A stretch of 64,000 nucleotides of DNA from Desulfarculia bacterium (GTDB lineage Bacteria; Desulfobacterota; Desulfarculia; Adiutricales; JAGVGV01): NCBI GenBank assembly GCA_963662445.1, contig OY759590.1, positions 3,520,249-3,584,248 of the forward strand, given 5' to 3'. This document shows positions 43,050-53,207 of the stretch, piece by piece. Below the pieces are notes generated by a model that was not told the origin of the DNA, ran no database searches, and saw only the letters and a program-made list of their open reading frames with translations. The translations under genes were made by a program, and so were the position numbers. Position 1 is the first letter of the stretch; the number at the start of each line of letters is the position of its first letter.

Positions 43050-45626
43050 CTAAATTCTGAACTGGCCGATCAGCCCGTGCAGTTCGTCGGCCATATGGGA
43101 CAGGTCCTGGGACGCGGCCTTGATCTGGGCCGCCCCGGCCGCCGTGCTCTCCGCCGCACGGGAAACCTCGCTTATCTGCACGGCCATTTCCCGGCTCACC
43201 TCGGCCGTCTCCGATGTCCCCCCGGAAACCTGAAGGGCCGCCGCGGCCGCCTGCCCCACGTTCTCAGCTATTTCATTGGCCGTGGCGCTCTGCTGCTCCA
43301 CCGCCGCCGCGATGTCCTGGGCCAGTTCGTTGGACCTGCCCACGACGGCCACAATCTCGTCAATGGCCGCCACAGCCTCGCCGATGCTGGACCGGATGGC
43401 CTCGATCCTGGCCTGGATGCTGTCCGTGGAAGCAGCCGTCTGATTGGCCAGAGCCTTGACCTCGCCGGCCACCACGGCAAATCCCTTGCCCGCCTCCCCG
43501 GCCCGGGCCGCCTCGATAGTGGCGTTCAAAGCCAGCAGCTTCGTCTGGTCGGCGATGTTCAGAATCACCTCAACCACGGCCCCGATCTCCTCGGCACTCT
43601 TATGCAGGCCCTTCACGGCCCGGCCCGCCTCAGCAGCCTTATCCGCCGCCTCCTGGGCCGTACCGGCAGAACCGGCCGCATGCCGGGCTATTTCGGACAC
43701 CGAAGCCGTCATCTCCTCCAATGCCGAAGCCATCCCGGCCACGCTCGAACTCAGTTCCGCCGTCGAAGCGGCCACCGTCTGCATATTCCCCCGGACCTCC
43801 GACGCATTGAACGCCGCCCCGGAAGATTGGGCCGACATCTCCTCGGCCCCGGAAGCCATCTGCTCGGATACCGCCGCCATCTCCGTGGAGGCCGCCGTCA
43901 GATGCTCCATATTGCCCGAAACCTGCCCTACCAGAAGCCGTATTTTTTCCACAAAAGTGTTGAACCAATGGGCCAGTTCACCCATCTCGTCCCGTCCCGA
44001 AAAATCCAGACGGCGCGTCAGGTCGCCTTCACCTTGGGCAATGTCCTTCAGTATATGCACGGCCACGGCCAGAGGACGGGCAATGGAGCGCCCTATCAGG
44101 TAGATAAGCGGCCCGAATACCGCCAGCGTAATCAGAAAAATCAGCAGCCCCACCACGGTGGAACCGGTCATCAAACGATGCGCAGCCCCTTCGGCCTCGG
44201 CCTGCGCCGCCTGCATCACCCCCTGCATCCCCTCAAGGCCGCGCCCCATGCGTTCGCTCAAGGCCAGGAGCCGCCCTTCCAGTTCGGCCGCTTCGCGCTC
44301 GATCCGCGCCGCCTCGGTGGCGCTCTCTCCTATCAGCCTGACCAGCCGTGTCTGGAGCCCGGCCCCCAACTGCCCCAGCTTGCCCCTTATATCTTCGGCC
44401 AAGGCACGGTCCTGATCCGTCTCCACTATTCCTCCCAGCACCCCCAGACTGCTCTCCAGGTAATTCAAGCCAGCCCGTATGGCGGCCCGGCGCACCCCGC
44501 TGATCTCCCCGCCGGAGCGTTCGACAATCGCCTCGGACGCAGCCAGACGCACGCTCAGAAGGCTCCGGCGCGATTCGTTGACTATCCCCAGATTCTGCCG
44601 CAAAACCTCATCCTGCAAGCGCCACTGCTTAAGCCTCTCCTGAATTATCTCCTCCAGCAGAGCCAGACTGGACTCGACAGAATAGGCATACCCGTCCAGA
44701 AGGCCGTGAATGCGGGCCGATTCCACCATCCCTTCGGACCCGCCTCCGGCACTCTTTTTTATCCCGGCAGGCAAATCCGACAGCATCAGTTTCTCCAGGT
44801 CCGGCAAAACCTCCAACACCGAAGCCACCAACTCCCGTTCGTCGCCGTCCACGGCCGACTCCGCCAACCGGGTCTGCCGCTCCGTCAGATATTGCAGGTT
44901 TTCCTGCATAAGCCCGGCCCGCTCATCGGACACAAACCCCTGATTCTTTTCCAACAGGGCGTTCAAGGCCCCGTTCATCATCTTCAACAGGGCGTTGCGC
45001 AGATAGTTGACTTCATCCGCCCTGCTCTTGGACAAGTTAATCGCCTCGGCCGTCCGGGACAGCCGCGACTGCAAAGACTCTTCCAGCGAAGCCAGAGAGT
45101 CGTCAAGGCCAACGCCCAAGGAAGTCAGTTCGGAGGCCAGGCCAGCGAACTCGGCGTCCACCTGCCGGATGGTCTGGGCCCCGTTCCTGACAAGCTCCAC
45201 CAGATCGGTCTGTACGGCCAGCGACAGCTCCCTGACCGCTGAGGCCAGTTCATCCACCGCCCGCCGCTCCTCATCGGTCGCCGCCCCGCCGGCCAGTCCA
45301 TTCAGTTCCCGCCCCAGAGCCTCCACGCTCTCATTTATGGTCGCCAGACGATCTTCCGGCAGGCCTCCCTCGCCGCGGCTGATAAGGGAACTCTCCGCAG
45401 TCAGCATGAGGCGCAGGTAAGCCCTGGTCATGCGGTTGACCATCTCCAACTGCTCCCGGCGCGCATCGGCCTGAGCCGACGCCCGCTGGATGGACAGGTT
45501 GGTCCATAGAGTGTTGCCCGCCAGCAGAGCCAGGGCGAACACCGAAATGAACCCGGTCAGATAGAGTTTTTGGCGGACGGTAAGTCTGTTCAGGGCGGAT
45601 TGCAGGCGTACGAAACTCACAGGCAT
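43050..45626 (-). CDS. Methyl-accepting chemotaxis protein with very large helical periplasmic domain
   Basis: 858 aa. TM1 at about aa 22-42, a ~440-aa Ala/Leu/Glu-rich region, TM2, HAMP, and a conserved MCP signalling hairpin ('[34 protein letters not shown]'). Confidence 0.9.
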   Translation of the reverse strand: MPVSFVRLQSALNRLTVRQKLYLTGFISVFALALLAGNTLWTNLSIQRASAQADARREQLEMVNRMTRAYLRLMLTAESSLISRGEGGLPEDRLATINESVEALGRELNGLAGGAATDEERRAVDELASAVRELSLAVQTDLVELVRNGAQTIRQVDAEFAGLASELTSLGVGLDDSLASLEESLQSRLSRTAEAINLSKSRADEVNYLRNALLKMMNGALNALLEKNQGFVSDERAGLMQENLQYLTERQTRLAESAVDGDERELVASVLEVLPDLEKLMLSDLPAGIKKSAGGGSEGMVESARIHGLLDGYAYSVESSLALLEEIIQERLKQWRLQDEVLRQNLGIVNESRRSLLSVRLAASEAIVERSGGEISGVRRAAIRAGLNYLESSLGVLGGIVETDQDRALAEDIRGKLGQLGAGLQTRLVRLIGESATEAARIEREAAELEGRLLALSERMGRGLEGMQGVMQAAQAEAEGAAHRLMTGSTVVGLLIFLITLAVFGPLIYLIGRSIARPLAVAVHILKDIAQGEGDLTRRLDFSGRDEMGELAHWFNTFVEKIRLLVGQVSGNMEHLTAASTEMAAVSEQMASGAEEMSAQSSGAAFNASEVRGNMQTVAASTAELSSSVAGMASALEEMTASVSEIARHAAGSAGTAQEAADKAAEAGRAVKGLHKSAEEIGAVVEVILNIADQTKLLALNATIEAARAGEAGKGFAVVAGEVKALANQTAASTDSIQARIEAIRSSIGEAVAAIDEIVAVVGRSNELAQDIAAAVEQQSATANEIAENVGQAAAAALQVSGGTSETAEVSREMAVQISEVSRAAESTAAGAAQIKAASQDLSHMADELHGLIGQFRI

Positions 45627-45831
45627 GGCGCTCCCCTTCCACGGTAAGTTCGGGATGTGCGGCTCACCTTCCCCCGAGGCCCTCCGGTTTATGCCCCGGG
45701 TTACCGGCGGAACCGCCGTCCCGTCACTGTCGGACCGGCTACAATTTTCAGGCTACGTATGGAATTTCTGATTCCCCCAGCCTACAACAGAATTGATCGC
45801 CGAGTCAAAGCGCCAGATAAAAAAAACGGAA

Positions 45832-46743
45832 TCACACGGTCTTGCCGTTTTGCTTCCGCCTGGTTCCGGGGTCCTGACTCCAGAAGACACCGGCGAAAAC
45901 CAGCAGACAGGCCATGTACTGGCCCACTGTCAGAGTCTCCCCCAGAACCGCCCAGCCCATGGCGATGCTGAAAACCGGAATGAGGTTCACAAAGGCCGAA
46001 GCCTGGCTGGCCGGAATCTTGGTCACTCCGTAGTTGTAGCAGGCGTAACCGCCCAGGGTCACAACAACACCCAGGTAGAGGATCGCCAGCACCGGCGTCA
46101 TTTCGAAAGCGGTTGGCAGATCGGTGGGAGGCAGAAACATAAGCGGGAAGAAAAATACCGTCCCGACCCAGGCCTGAACCGCCGTGATGAACAGGGCCGA
46201 ATAACGGTGGCTCAGCCGCTTGACCAGGATAGTGTAGCCCGTGGCGCAGAGCATGGCCACGAACTCCAGAAAATTACCCAGCGCCGGGTTGGGCGCGTCC
46301 GCCGTGGCCTCCCCCGCCATGGAAAGCCAGATGGTCCCGGCAATGGCCGTCAGGAAGCCCGCAACCGTCCGGCGGCTGGTCCTTTCGCCCAGAAAAAACC
46401 AGGCCGCCATGGCCACCAGCAGAGGCAGTATCGAAGTGATCATACCCGCTTGAGACGCCGTCGTATTCACCAGCGCCCAGCTCTCGAATATGAAATACAT
46501 GCAGGGCTCGCAAGCGGCCAGCAGCAGCAGAGGCTTCCAGTCCCCGGCCTGATAACGGACCGCCCCGAACTTATGCCGCAGAAAAAGAAAACACAGGCCG
46601 CCCACGAACATACGCCCGAATATAACCACCATCGGATCATAGGTCCGGAAAGCCACCTTCAAGGCCACAAAGGAACTGCCCCAGACCACCATGGCTGTCA
46701 GAAGGGCTATTATCGGCAGCCAGTTCGCCCGTTTCTCGTTCAA
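45832..46743 (-). CDS. DMT superfamily (EamA) transporter
   Basis: 303 aa, about 10 TM helices, duplicated EamA pattern. Confidence 0.85.
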   Translation of the reverse strand: MNEKRANWLPIIALLTAMVVWGSSFVALKVAFRTYDPMVVIFGRMFVGGLCFLFLRHKFGAVRYQAGDWKPLLLLAACEPCMYFIFESWALVNTTASQAGMITSILPLLVAMAAWFFLGERTSRRTVAGFLTAIAGTIWLSMAGEATADAPNPALGNFLEFVAMLCATGYTILVKRLSHRYSALFITAVQAWVGTVFFFPLMFLPPTDLPTAFEMTPVLAILYLGVVVTLGGYACYNYGVTKIPASQASAFVNLIPVFSIAMGWAVLGETLTVGQYMACLLVFAGVFWSQDPGTRRKQNGKTV

Positions 46744-47008
46744 AAACGAATCTCCTTAAAAAAACGCTCCCCGTCGCCGGGGAGTCCCGTGATTAATCAT
46801 CCCGATAAACAAAAGTGAGCCTGAATCGAAACCGGCCGTCATCCGGCCGCGATTGGCTCACCCGGCCGCCTCGACGGACCTTCTGCATATATTCAACACC
46901 CCGCGGACTAACGCAAGAGAAATCTTCATCCGGGCCCGCGCCACGGAATTCGTGACCGGGAGGCCTCTTCCCGGCCAAGACTGGCTGCATGAGGCCGGAC
47001 GCGGCCGC

Positions 47009-47064
47009 TTTAACATTTAAAAGTTAAATATCCGGTTGACCATCCTTGGCCCACAGGATATTAT
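47009..47064 (+). promoter_or_regulatory. Inverted repeat plus sigma-70 promoter upstream of sufC
   Basis: TTTAAC-N8-GTTAAA (47009..47028) is followed by TTGACC (47036), 17 nt, TATTAT (47059). Confidence 0.45.
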
Positions 47065-47166
47065 TTACCGGATGGGATGGTTTTCACGAATTGAATGCTT
47101 AACTTTGTTCAAATATGATGAGCCGTCCGGCGGACGGCCGCCCCAAAGATATGTGGAGGTCTTGAC

Positions 47167-47928
47167 ATGCTGGAACTGAAAAACCTGGTTTTCGAAGTCA
47201 CCACCCCGGGAAGGAACGGACAAGAAACGACCAGAACCATCATCAACGGTCTTAACCATACCTTCCAGGAAGGCAAAATGTACGCCGTGACCGGTCCCAA
47301 CGGCAGCGGCAAAAGCACCGTCTCCAAGCTGGTCATGGGCATCAACGTTGCGACCAGCGGGAGCATCCTTCTGGACGGGGAAGACATCTCCGGGCTCTCC
47401 GTGTCGGAAAGGGCCAACCGGGGCATAACTTACGCCTTTCAGACCCCGGCCCGCTTCAAGGGCGTCACGTTCCGGGATCTTCTGAGCATTGCCATGGGCA
47501 AGGACGACGACGAATCAGTGTCCACTCTTCTTTCGAGAGTGGGCATATGCTCCATGGATTTTCTGGACAAGCCTGTGGACGCCACGCTTTCCGGCGGTGA
47601 GATCAAGAAAATCGAACTGGCCACCGTCATCGCCAGGAACCCCAGAATAGCCATTTACGACGAGCCGGACACGGGCATAGACCTGTGGACCATAGGCCCC
47701 ATGGTGGAACTGCTGAAAAAGGAACAGCAGGAACACAAAACCACCACCATCGTGGTCAGCCACAACAAGACTTTCCTGCGGGCCGCCGACGAAATCATCC
47801 TGATCCGGGACGGGCGGGTGGCCTTCACCGGGAAATACGAGGAAGCCGCTCCGTTGTTGAGCGACCTCAGTCTCTGCGGTTTTTCCGATGTCTGCGAAGG
47901 AGAAGGCAATGCTGGATGTTTTAGATAA
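47167..47928 (+). CDS. sufC: Fe-S cluster assembly ATPase SufC-like
   Basis: Walker A 'GPNGSGKST', 'LSGGEIKK', 'IAIYDEPDTGID'. It has an unusual Cys-rich tail 'LCGFSDVCEGEGNAGCF'. Confidence 0.8.
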   Translation: MLELKNLVFEVTTPGRNGQETTRTIINGLNHTFQEGKMYAVTGPNGSGKSTVSKLVMGINVATSGSILLDGEDISGLSVSERANRGITYAFQTPARFKGVTFRDLLSIAMGKDDDESVSTLLSRVGICSMDFLDKPVDATLSGGEIKKIELATVIARNPRIAIYDEPDTGIDLWTIGPMVELLKKEQQEHKTTTIVVSHNKTFLRAADEIILIRDGRVAFTGKYEEAAPLLSDLSLCGFSDVCEGEGNAGCFR

Positions 47929-48829
47929 GGATCTGCTGAAAGCGGTCGCCGACCTGGAAGGCCTGCCCAAGGGGGCTTACAACATCCGCAAGAACGGCCA
48001 GCTTCTGGGCCGCCAGGTGTCCGCCAATATCAATATAGAATCCAACAGCGACGGGACGGGCATAATTGTCTCCATCAAACCCGGCACTGTCGGCGAATCC
48101 GTACATATCCCGGTCATCCTGTCCCAGGCTGGCCTGCATGACGTGGTCTACAACACCTTTATCATCGGCGAAGGTTCGGACGTGACCATCGTGGCCGGGT
48201 GCGGCATCCACTGCGGGACTTCCCGGGCGGAAGGCCATGAAGGCATTCACGAGTTCAAGGTCGGCCGCAACGCCACGGTCAAATACGTCGAAAAACACTT
48301 CGCCACGGGCGAGGGCAAGGGCAAGCGCACCCTGAATCCCACTACCAAGGTCTTTCTGGACAAAGGCGCACGGGCGGAGATGGAACTGACCCAGATCGGC
48401 GGAGTGGACGAAGCCGACCGGCTCAACGAAGCGGTTCTGGGACCGGGGAGTTCCCTGCTGATCTCGGAAAGGGTCCTGACCGAATTCAAACAGAGGGCCG
48501 TATCCAGGAACCTGATAACCCTGGCCGGAGACAACAGCCGGGCCGAAATGATTTCACGGTCCGTCATCCGGGGCGACTCCAACCAGGATTTTTACGCCAC
48601 AGTCGAGGCCCGGGCCAGGAGTTTCGGCCATATCGAATGCGACGCCATCATCATGGACAACGGTACCAACAACACCGTGCCCTCCCTGAAAGCCCTGCAT
48701 CCGGAAGCCGAACTGACCCATGAGGCCTCCATCGGCAAAATCGCCAACGACCAGTTGATGAAACTGATGAGCCTAGGACTGAACTACGACGAAGCGGTCA
48801 GCCGGATAATCAAGGGATTTCTGCAATAG
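47909..48829 (+). CDS. SufB/SufD family Fe-S assembly protein
   Basis: GAAGGAGAAGG precedes ATG 47909. Beta-helix SufBD core ('IVAGCGIHCG', 'ISRSVIRGDS', 'VEARARSFGHIECDAII'). It overlaps the sufC end. Confidence 0.8.
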   Translation: MLDVLDKDLLKAVADLEGLPKGAYNIRKNGQLLGRQVSANINIESNSDGTGIIVSIKPGTVGESVHIPVILSQAGLHDVVYNTFIIGEGSDVTIVAGCGIHCGTSRAEGHEGIHEFKVGRNATVKYVEKHFATGEGKGKRTLNPTTKVFLDKGARAEMELTQIGGVDEADRLNEAVLGPGSSLLISERVLTEFKQRAVSRNLITLAGDNSRAEMISRSVIRGDSNQDFYATVEARARSFGHIECDAIIMDNGTNNTVPSLKALHPEAELTHEASIGKIANDQLMKLMSLGLNYDEAVSRIIKGFLQ

Positions 48830-48882
48830 TATAACGAACGAAAAACCGCCGGAGAAACTGGCCGGCGGCGGGACTGCTGTGA

Positions 48883-48910
48883 AAAAGGGCCAGGCATTTC
48901 CGGCCCTTTT
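48883..48910. terminator. Bidirectional terminator-like hairpin
   Basis: AAAAGGGCC-AGGCATTTCC-GGCCCTTTT. Confidence 0.6.
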
Positions 48911-49132
48911 CAGACTGTTGACAAACCTCTTTGTTGTCTTTACCAACCTGACCTGCACCACAAAAACCCAAACGTCGATCTTCCGGTTTCCCCATTCTTT
49001 GGCGAACATGAACGTTCGCCCCCGGCGAAAGGCTGATTTGGGGCAACGACTAACGGGAGCGCTGGGGGCGGGCAGCCCCCAGAGTGGGTCCAGGCGACAG
49101 CCTGGGGCCGGGACCATCCCGGCCCTTTCTGT

Positions 49133-50056
49133 TCAGTGGGTTTCGAGCCGTCCCACAAGGGCGGACAGGTCGGGCAGGCCGTTTTCCGCGAAATACTTTT
49201 CCACCCCCGCCAGTATGTCCATGGCCGCCCGAGGGTTGATGAAATTGGCCGTGCCCACCTGGATGGCGGAAGCTCCGGCGAGAAGAAATTCCAGGGCGTC
49301 CTGAGCGGTCATGATGCCGCCTATGCCGACCACGGGAACTTTCACGCTGCGGGCCACCTGCCAGACCAGACGCAGGGCCACGGGCTTGATGGCCGGTCCG
49401 GACAGGCCGCCGATGGTGTTGGCCAGCACCGGCTTGCGCGTCTTCAGGTCCACGGCCATGGCCGGGATGGTGTTGATGAGGGACAACACATCCGCTCCGG
49501 CCGCCACCGCCGCCCTGGCCACGGAGACTATATCCGCGACCATGGGCGTCAGCTTGCACATGAGAGGCAGCCCGGTCGCTTTCCGGACGGCCCGGACCAC
49601 CGCCGCGGTGGCCTCGGGGTCGGTGCCGAAGGCCAGCCCTCCGGCGGCCACGTTGGGACAGGAGACATTGATCTCGATCATGTCCACGCCGCCCGAGTGG
49701 TCGAGTCCTTCGGCCAGGGCCGAGTATTCATCAACCTGATCGCCCAGGATATTGGCCACCACCACCGCGCCCTGTTCTTTCAGCCAGGGCAGCTTGTCCC
49801 GGACAAAGGCCTCCAGGCCCACGTTTTCCAACCCGATGGAATTGAGCATGCCGGCCGGGGTTTCGCAGATGCGCGGAGGCGGGTTGCCGTGGCGTGGTTT
49901 GAGCGAAATGCCCTTGGTGACCACGGCCCCCATCATGGCCGGAGGCACGTATTCAGCGAATTCCTGCCCGTAGCCGAAGGTGCCGGAAGCCGACATGACG
50001 GGATTCTTCAGAGTCAGGCCGCCCAGTTTGACGCTGAGGTCCGGTTTTTTCACCAT
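49133..50056 (-). CDS. pyrD: Dihydroorotate dehydrogenase B, catalytic subunit
   Basis: 307 aa. 'LKNPVMSASGTFGYG', 'NVSCPN' and 'GGLSGPAIKPVALR' are class 1B PyrD motifs. Paired with pyrK. Confidence 0.9.
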   Translation of the reverse strand: MVKKPDLSVKLGGLTLKNPVMSASGTFGYGQEFAEYVPPAMMGAVVTKGISLKPRHGNPPPRICETPAGMLNSIGLENVGLEAFVRDKLPWLKEQGAVVVANILGDQVDEYSALAEGLDHSGGVDMIEINVSCPNVAAGGLAFGTDPEATAAVVRAVRKATGLPLMCKLTPMVADIVSVARAAVAAGADVLSLINTIPAMAVDLKTRKPVLANTIGGLSGPAIKPVALRLVWQVARSVKVPVVGIGGIMTAQDALEFLLAGASAIQVGTANFINPRAAMDILAGVEKYFAENGLPDLSALVGRLETH

Positions 50057-50838
50057 TTTATCTCCTCCGCCTCGAACACGGGGCCTTCCACGCAGACGCG
50101 GCGGTACCCGCCCTGAGCATGACTGGTCACGCAGCCCAGACAGGCGCCCATGCCGCAGGCCATACTGGCTTCCAAAGAAACTTGGCAGGGAACGCAGAAT
50201 TCGTTGGCAATTCCAGCCACGGCGGCCAGCATGGGCTTCGGGCCGCAGGCCAGGACCGGAGCCGCTTGGGCGGCCAGGGCTTCGGCCAGGGGCGCTGTAA
50301 CCAAGCCTTGCCGCCCGGCCGCGCCGTCTTCGGTGGTCACCACCATCCGGCCGGGGAAAAGGGCCAGATGGTCCTCGGCCAGGACGTACGCGCCTTCTCT
50401 CTCCCCATAAAAGACCGTGACCTCGACACCCCGGCGGTGCAGGTCTTCAGCCAGGGCCAGCAGAGGGGCCAGTCCCATGCCCCCGCCCACCAGATAAGCT
50501 GACGCCGCTTTGACATCCGTGTCGAAACCGTGCCCCAGGGGGCCGAGAATCTCCAGTTTTTCACCCGGCCGCACCTGCGAAAGCAGACCGGTTCCCACGC
50601 CGACCACCCGGTAAAGCAGGGAAACTTCTCCGTCCGGACCGATCCTGTGCAGGCCGAAGGGCCTTTTGAGCAGAGGGCTTCCGCCTTTTTCCGGGTCAGG
50701 CCCCGTACGCACCATGACGAACATGCCCGGACGGCCTCCCGCAGCCAGTTCGGACGCGGCCAACCTGAGCAGATAAGTGTCCCGGGCCAGCTTGCGGTTT
50801 TCCAGGACGGAACAGTCTCCCATGAATGTCGCCGACAC
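50050..50838 (-). CDS. pyrK: Dihydroorotate dehydrogenase B, electron-transfer subunit
   Basis: FAD/NAD-binding fold and a C-terminal 2Fe-2S motif 'CGMGACLGC'. GTG 50838 has AGGAG 8 nt upstream; ATG 50823 is the alternative. It overlaps the pyrD start by 7 nt. Confidence 0.85.
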   Translation of the reverse strand: MSATFMGDCSVLENRKLARDTYLLRLAASELAAGGRPGMFVMVRTGPDPEKGGSPLLKRPFGLHRIGPDGEVSLLYRVVGVGTGLLSQVRPGEKLEILGPLGHGFDTDVKAASAYLVGGGMGLAPLLALAEDLHRRGVEVTVFYGEREGAYVLAEDHLALFPGRMVVTTEDGAAGRQGLVTAPLAEALAAQAAPVLACGPKPMLAAVAGIANEFCVPCQVSLEASMACGMGACLGCVTSHAQGGYRRVCVEGPVFEAEEIKW

Positions 50839-51623
50839 TATTGTTGCTCCTTCTGCAGACCGGCCACCAGGCCGAAACGTCCGGTGACCTTCTCGCGGCG
50901 GTAGGAAAAGAATCCTTCCGAGCCGCAGACCGTACACATGCCCGCCGTCTCCACATTCTCCGGCCGGACTCCGGCCTCGGCCAGTTGCGCCCGGCTGATG
51001 GCCCAGAAATCGAAATGATTTTCACTGACCCGGAAATCATGGAACTCCGCTGGCAGTTCGTCCCGGAAATTGACGAATTCCGCGCAGCAGGGTCCCAGCG
51101 ACGGGCCGACTCCGGCCAGCAGGTCCGCCGGATCCACCCCCAGGTCTCTTTCCAGGCGGGCCACGGTCTTGCCCAGGATATTGGCCACGCTGCCCCGCCA
51201 ACCCGAATGAACCGCAGCCACCACCTGTCTTTTCGGGTCGTAAAGGATCACTCCCTGGCAGTCGGCCAGCTTGATGAGCAGGCCGATCCCCCTTTCACGG
51301 GTCATCAGGGCGTCGTACCCGCGAACCACTTCATCCCTGTTCGCCGGTGCTGGCTTGCCGTTGCCGGTCACCAGCAGGGCCTGGTCGCCATGGACCTGAC
51401 CGGCAAAGGCCAGATGATCGAAGTTGAGGGCTTCCGCCGCCAGATTCATATTGGTCCGGACGTTGCCGTCTGCGTCTTCAGGCATGAAAGCCAGGTTCAG
51501 CCCCGCGCAAGGCGGTCGGCTGACGCCTCCGTGCCGAGTAAAGACGCCGTGGACCAACTCCGGGCAGGATTCGAAAATATCGAAACGGTAATAGACAAGT
51601 CCGTTATGCTGACAACGTTTCAT
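50838..51623 (-). CDS. pgeF: Peptidoglycan editing factor / polyphenol oxidase-like (YfiH/PgeF, DUF152)
   Basis: 'QVHGD', 'ADCQGVILYDP' and 'HSGWRGS' are the conserved His/Cys/His pattern of the family. Confidence 0.85.
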   Translation of the reverse strand: MKRCQHNGLVYYRFDIFESCPELVHGVFTRHGGVSRPPCAGLNLAFMPEDADGNVRTNMNLAAEALNFDHLAFAGQVHGDQALLVTGNGKPAPANRDEVVRGYDALMTRERGIGLLIKLADCQGVILYDPKRQVVAAVHSGWRGSVANILGKTVARLERDLGVDPADLLAGVGPSLGPCCAEFVNFRDELPAEFHDFRVSENHFDFWAISRAQLAEAGVRPENVETAGMCTVCGSEGFFSYRREKVTGRFGLVAGLQKEQQ

Positions 51624-51672
51624 GGCTCCACTTTAACATTCCTGAAAGAAAAAAACACCGCGCCCGATTGGT

Positions 51673-52353
51673 TCACCCACGCAAAGCGGCTCTGATCTTG
51701 TCGCTGGTCAATTCCCGCCAGGCGTCGCGGGCCACCCAGCGGGTGGTTTTATCCGGGCTGGCCGACATTCCTTCCGCCAGTTCCACGGCCATCATGTTCA
51801 AGCGGCGGTTTCGCTTGCCGATCTGCCGTAAAGCCCAGTTGACCGCTTTTTTGACGAAATTCCTTTCGTCCGAAGCGTCCCGGGCCACCAGTTTCAGGAA
51901 GGCTTCAAACGGTTCATCCGGGGCCTGTTTGTCGGATTGAGCCAGTTTGGCCATAAGCACGAAACCGGCCCGCTTGACGAATTCCTCTTCCCGTCCGCTC
52001 CACTCAACGGCCTTTTCATAAGCAAAGGGAGTGAACGTGAAAAGGTTCTGGCAGCATTGATCGCAGACTTCCCAGTCGTAAAAATCCAGCACCCAGGCTT
52101 CCATCTGGTCTTCGCCGACCTCCTCCGGCCGGTCGACCAGGGTGGCCAGTATGTAAGTCTCCCGGTACCCCGCCTCCCAAAGCTCCGCCGCCAGGCGGTG
52201 GTCCCGTCCCAAGGTCCGGCCCATCTTGCGCAGGACCGGCATGGGCACGCCGAAGCCCTTGGGCGGACGTATGCCGAAGCGGGCCATACCGGCCAGATTT
52301 TTCTCATCAGCCAGCGTTTCCAGTTCGGCCAGAATGCCGCTCAGTTTCATCAT
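51673..52353 (-). CDS. DNA alkylation repair (AlkD-like HEAT repeat) protein
   Basis: 'NLAGMARFGIRP', 'LWEAGYRETYILA', 'WVARDAWRELT'. GGAGG lies 5 nt before ATG 52353. The start overlaps the upstream stop (TGATG). Confidence 0.7.
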   Translation of the reverse strand: MMKLSGILAELETLADEKNLAGMARFGIRPPKGFGVPMPVLRKMGRTLGRDHRLAAELWEAGYRETYILATLVDRPEEVGEDQMEAWVLDFYDWEVCDQCCQNLFTFTPFAYEKAVEWSGREEEFVKRAGFVLMAKLAQSDKQAPDEPFEAFLKLVARDASDERNFVKKAVNWALRQIGKRNRRLNMMAVELAEGMSASPDKTTRWVARDAWRELTSDKIRAALRG

Positions 52354-53207
52354 CAATCCTCCAGGGCCGCCCGATGCCGTTCCGCCAAAGCCAGACAGGT
52401 CTCCCCTTCCCTCTTCCGGCCCCTTTTCAGGCACCCCTGCCCGTAAATCCCGGCCTTGCCGATCAGTTCCCGGCGGGCGGCCTGCTCTTGTTCATGAGTC
52501 AGGCTCCCCGAAGAGATTATCTTCTCCAGGGCGCGCACGCGGTACCAGTCCAGCCCCACAGTAGTCCGGGAAAGCTGGTCTTCGTGACCGCCGTATTTGA
52601 TTATGAGGCTTTCATCTATCAGGTGGACCGGGTAGCGGGCTGAAACACGCAGCCAGAGGTCGTAGTCTTCGCAGGCAGGCAGGTCCTCGTCGAACAGGCC
52701 TACCTTCTCGAAAAGCTCCCGCCGCATCATCACGGCCGAAGGACTGACCAGGCAGAGCTTGAGTGACGGCAGAAAAATGTCTCCGGAGGGTTTGAGGTGC
52801 CGGTAACGTGGATTGACTCTTTTGCCGTTACGAATCCAGGTTTCCTCGGTCTGGCAGATGAGGACTTCCTGATGCTCCTGAAAAAAGGCCGTCTGCACCG
52901 CCAGTTTTTCCGGCTTCCAGGCGTCGTCGGAATCCAGGAAGGCCAGCAGATATCCCGATGACCGGGCAATGCCCCGGTTGCGGGCGGCGCTGACCCCGGC
53001 CCGCTCCTGGCGCACAGGAATAACCTTACGCCCGTATGCCTCCAGAACCTGCGGCGTATTGTCGGTGGAACCGTCATCCACCACTATGAGTTCGAAATCC
53101 CGGAAAGTCTGAGCCAGCACGGAGTCCACGGCGCGTCGGACCGTTTCGGCGCGGTTGTAAGTCGGGATGATGACGCTGACCAGGGGCACGCTGTCCGCCG
53201 TTATCAA
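52353..53207 (-). CDS. Glycosyltransferase family 2
   Basis: 'VSVIIPTYNRAETV', 'ELIVVDDGSTDNT', 'FLDSDD'. Confidence 0.85.
   Translation of the reverse strand: MITADSVPLVSVIIPTYNRAETVRRAVDSVLAQTFRDFELIVVDDGSTDNTPQVLEAYGRKVIPVRQERAGVSAARNRGIARSSGYLLAFLDSDDAWKPEKLAVQTAFFQEHQEVLICQTEETWIRNGKRVNPRYRHLKPSGDIFLPSLKLCLVSPSAVMMRRELFEKVGLFDEDLPACEDYDLWLRVSARYPVHLIDESLIIKYGGHEDQLSRTTVGLDWYRVRALEKIISSGSLTHEQEQAARRELIGKAGIYGQGCLKRGRKREGETCLALAERHRAALED

Noticed and set aside
48940-48960. The minus-strand string GCAGGTCAGGT, resembling the SRP (4.5S) RNA 'CCAGGTCAGGTCCGGAAGGAAGCAGCC' core.
   Set aside because: The match stops after AGGTCAGGT. The essential GGAAG/AGCA domain IV loop motifs are absent.
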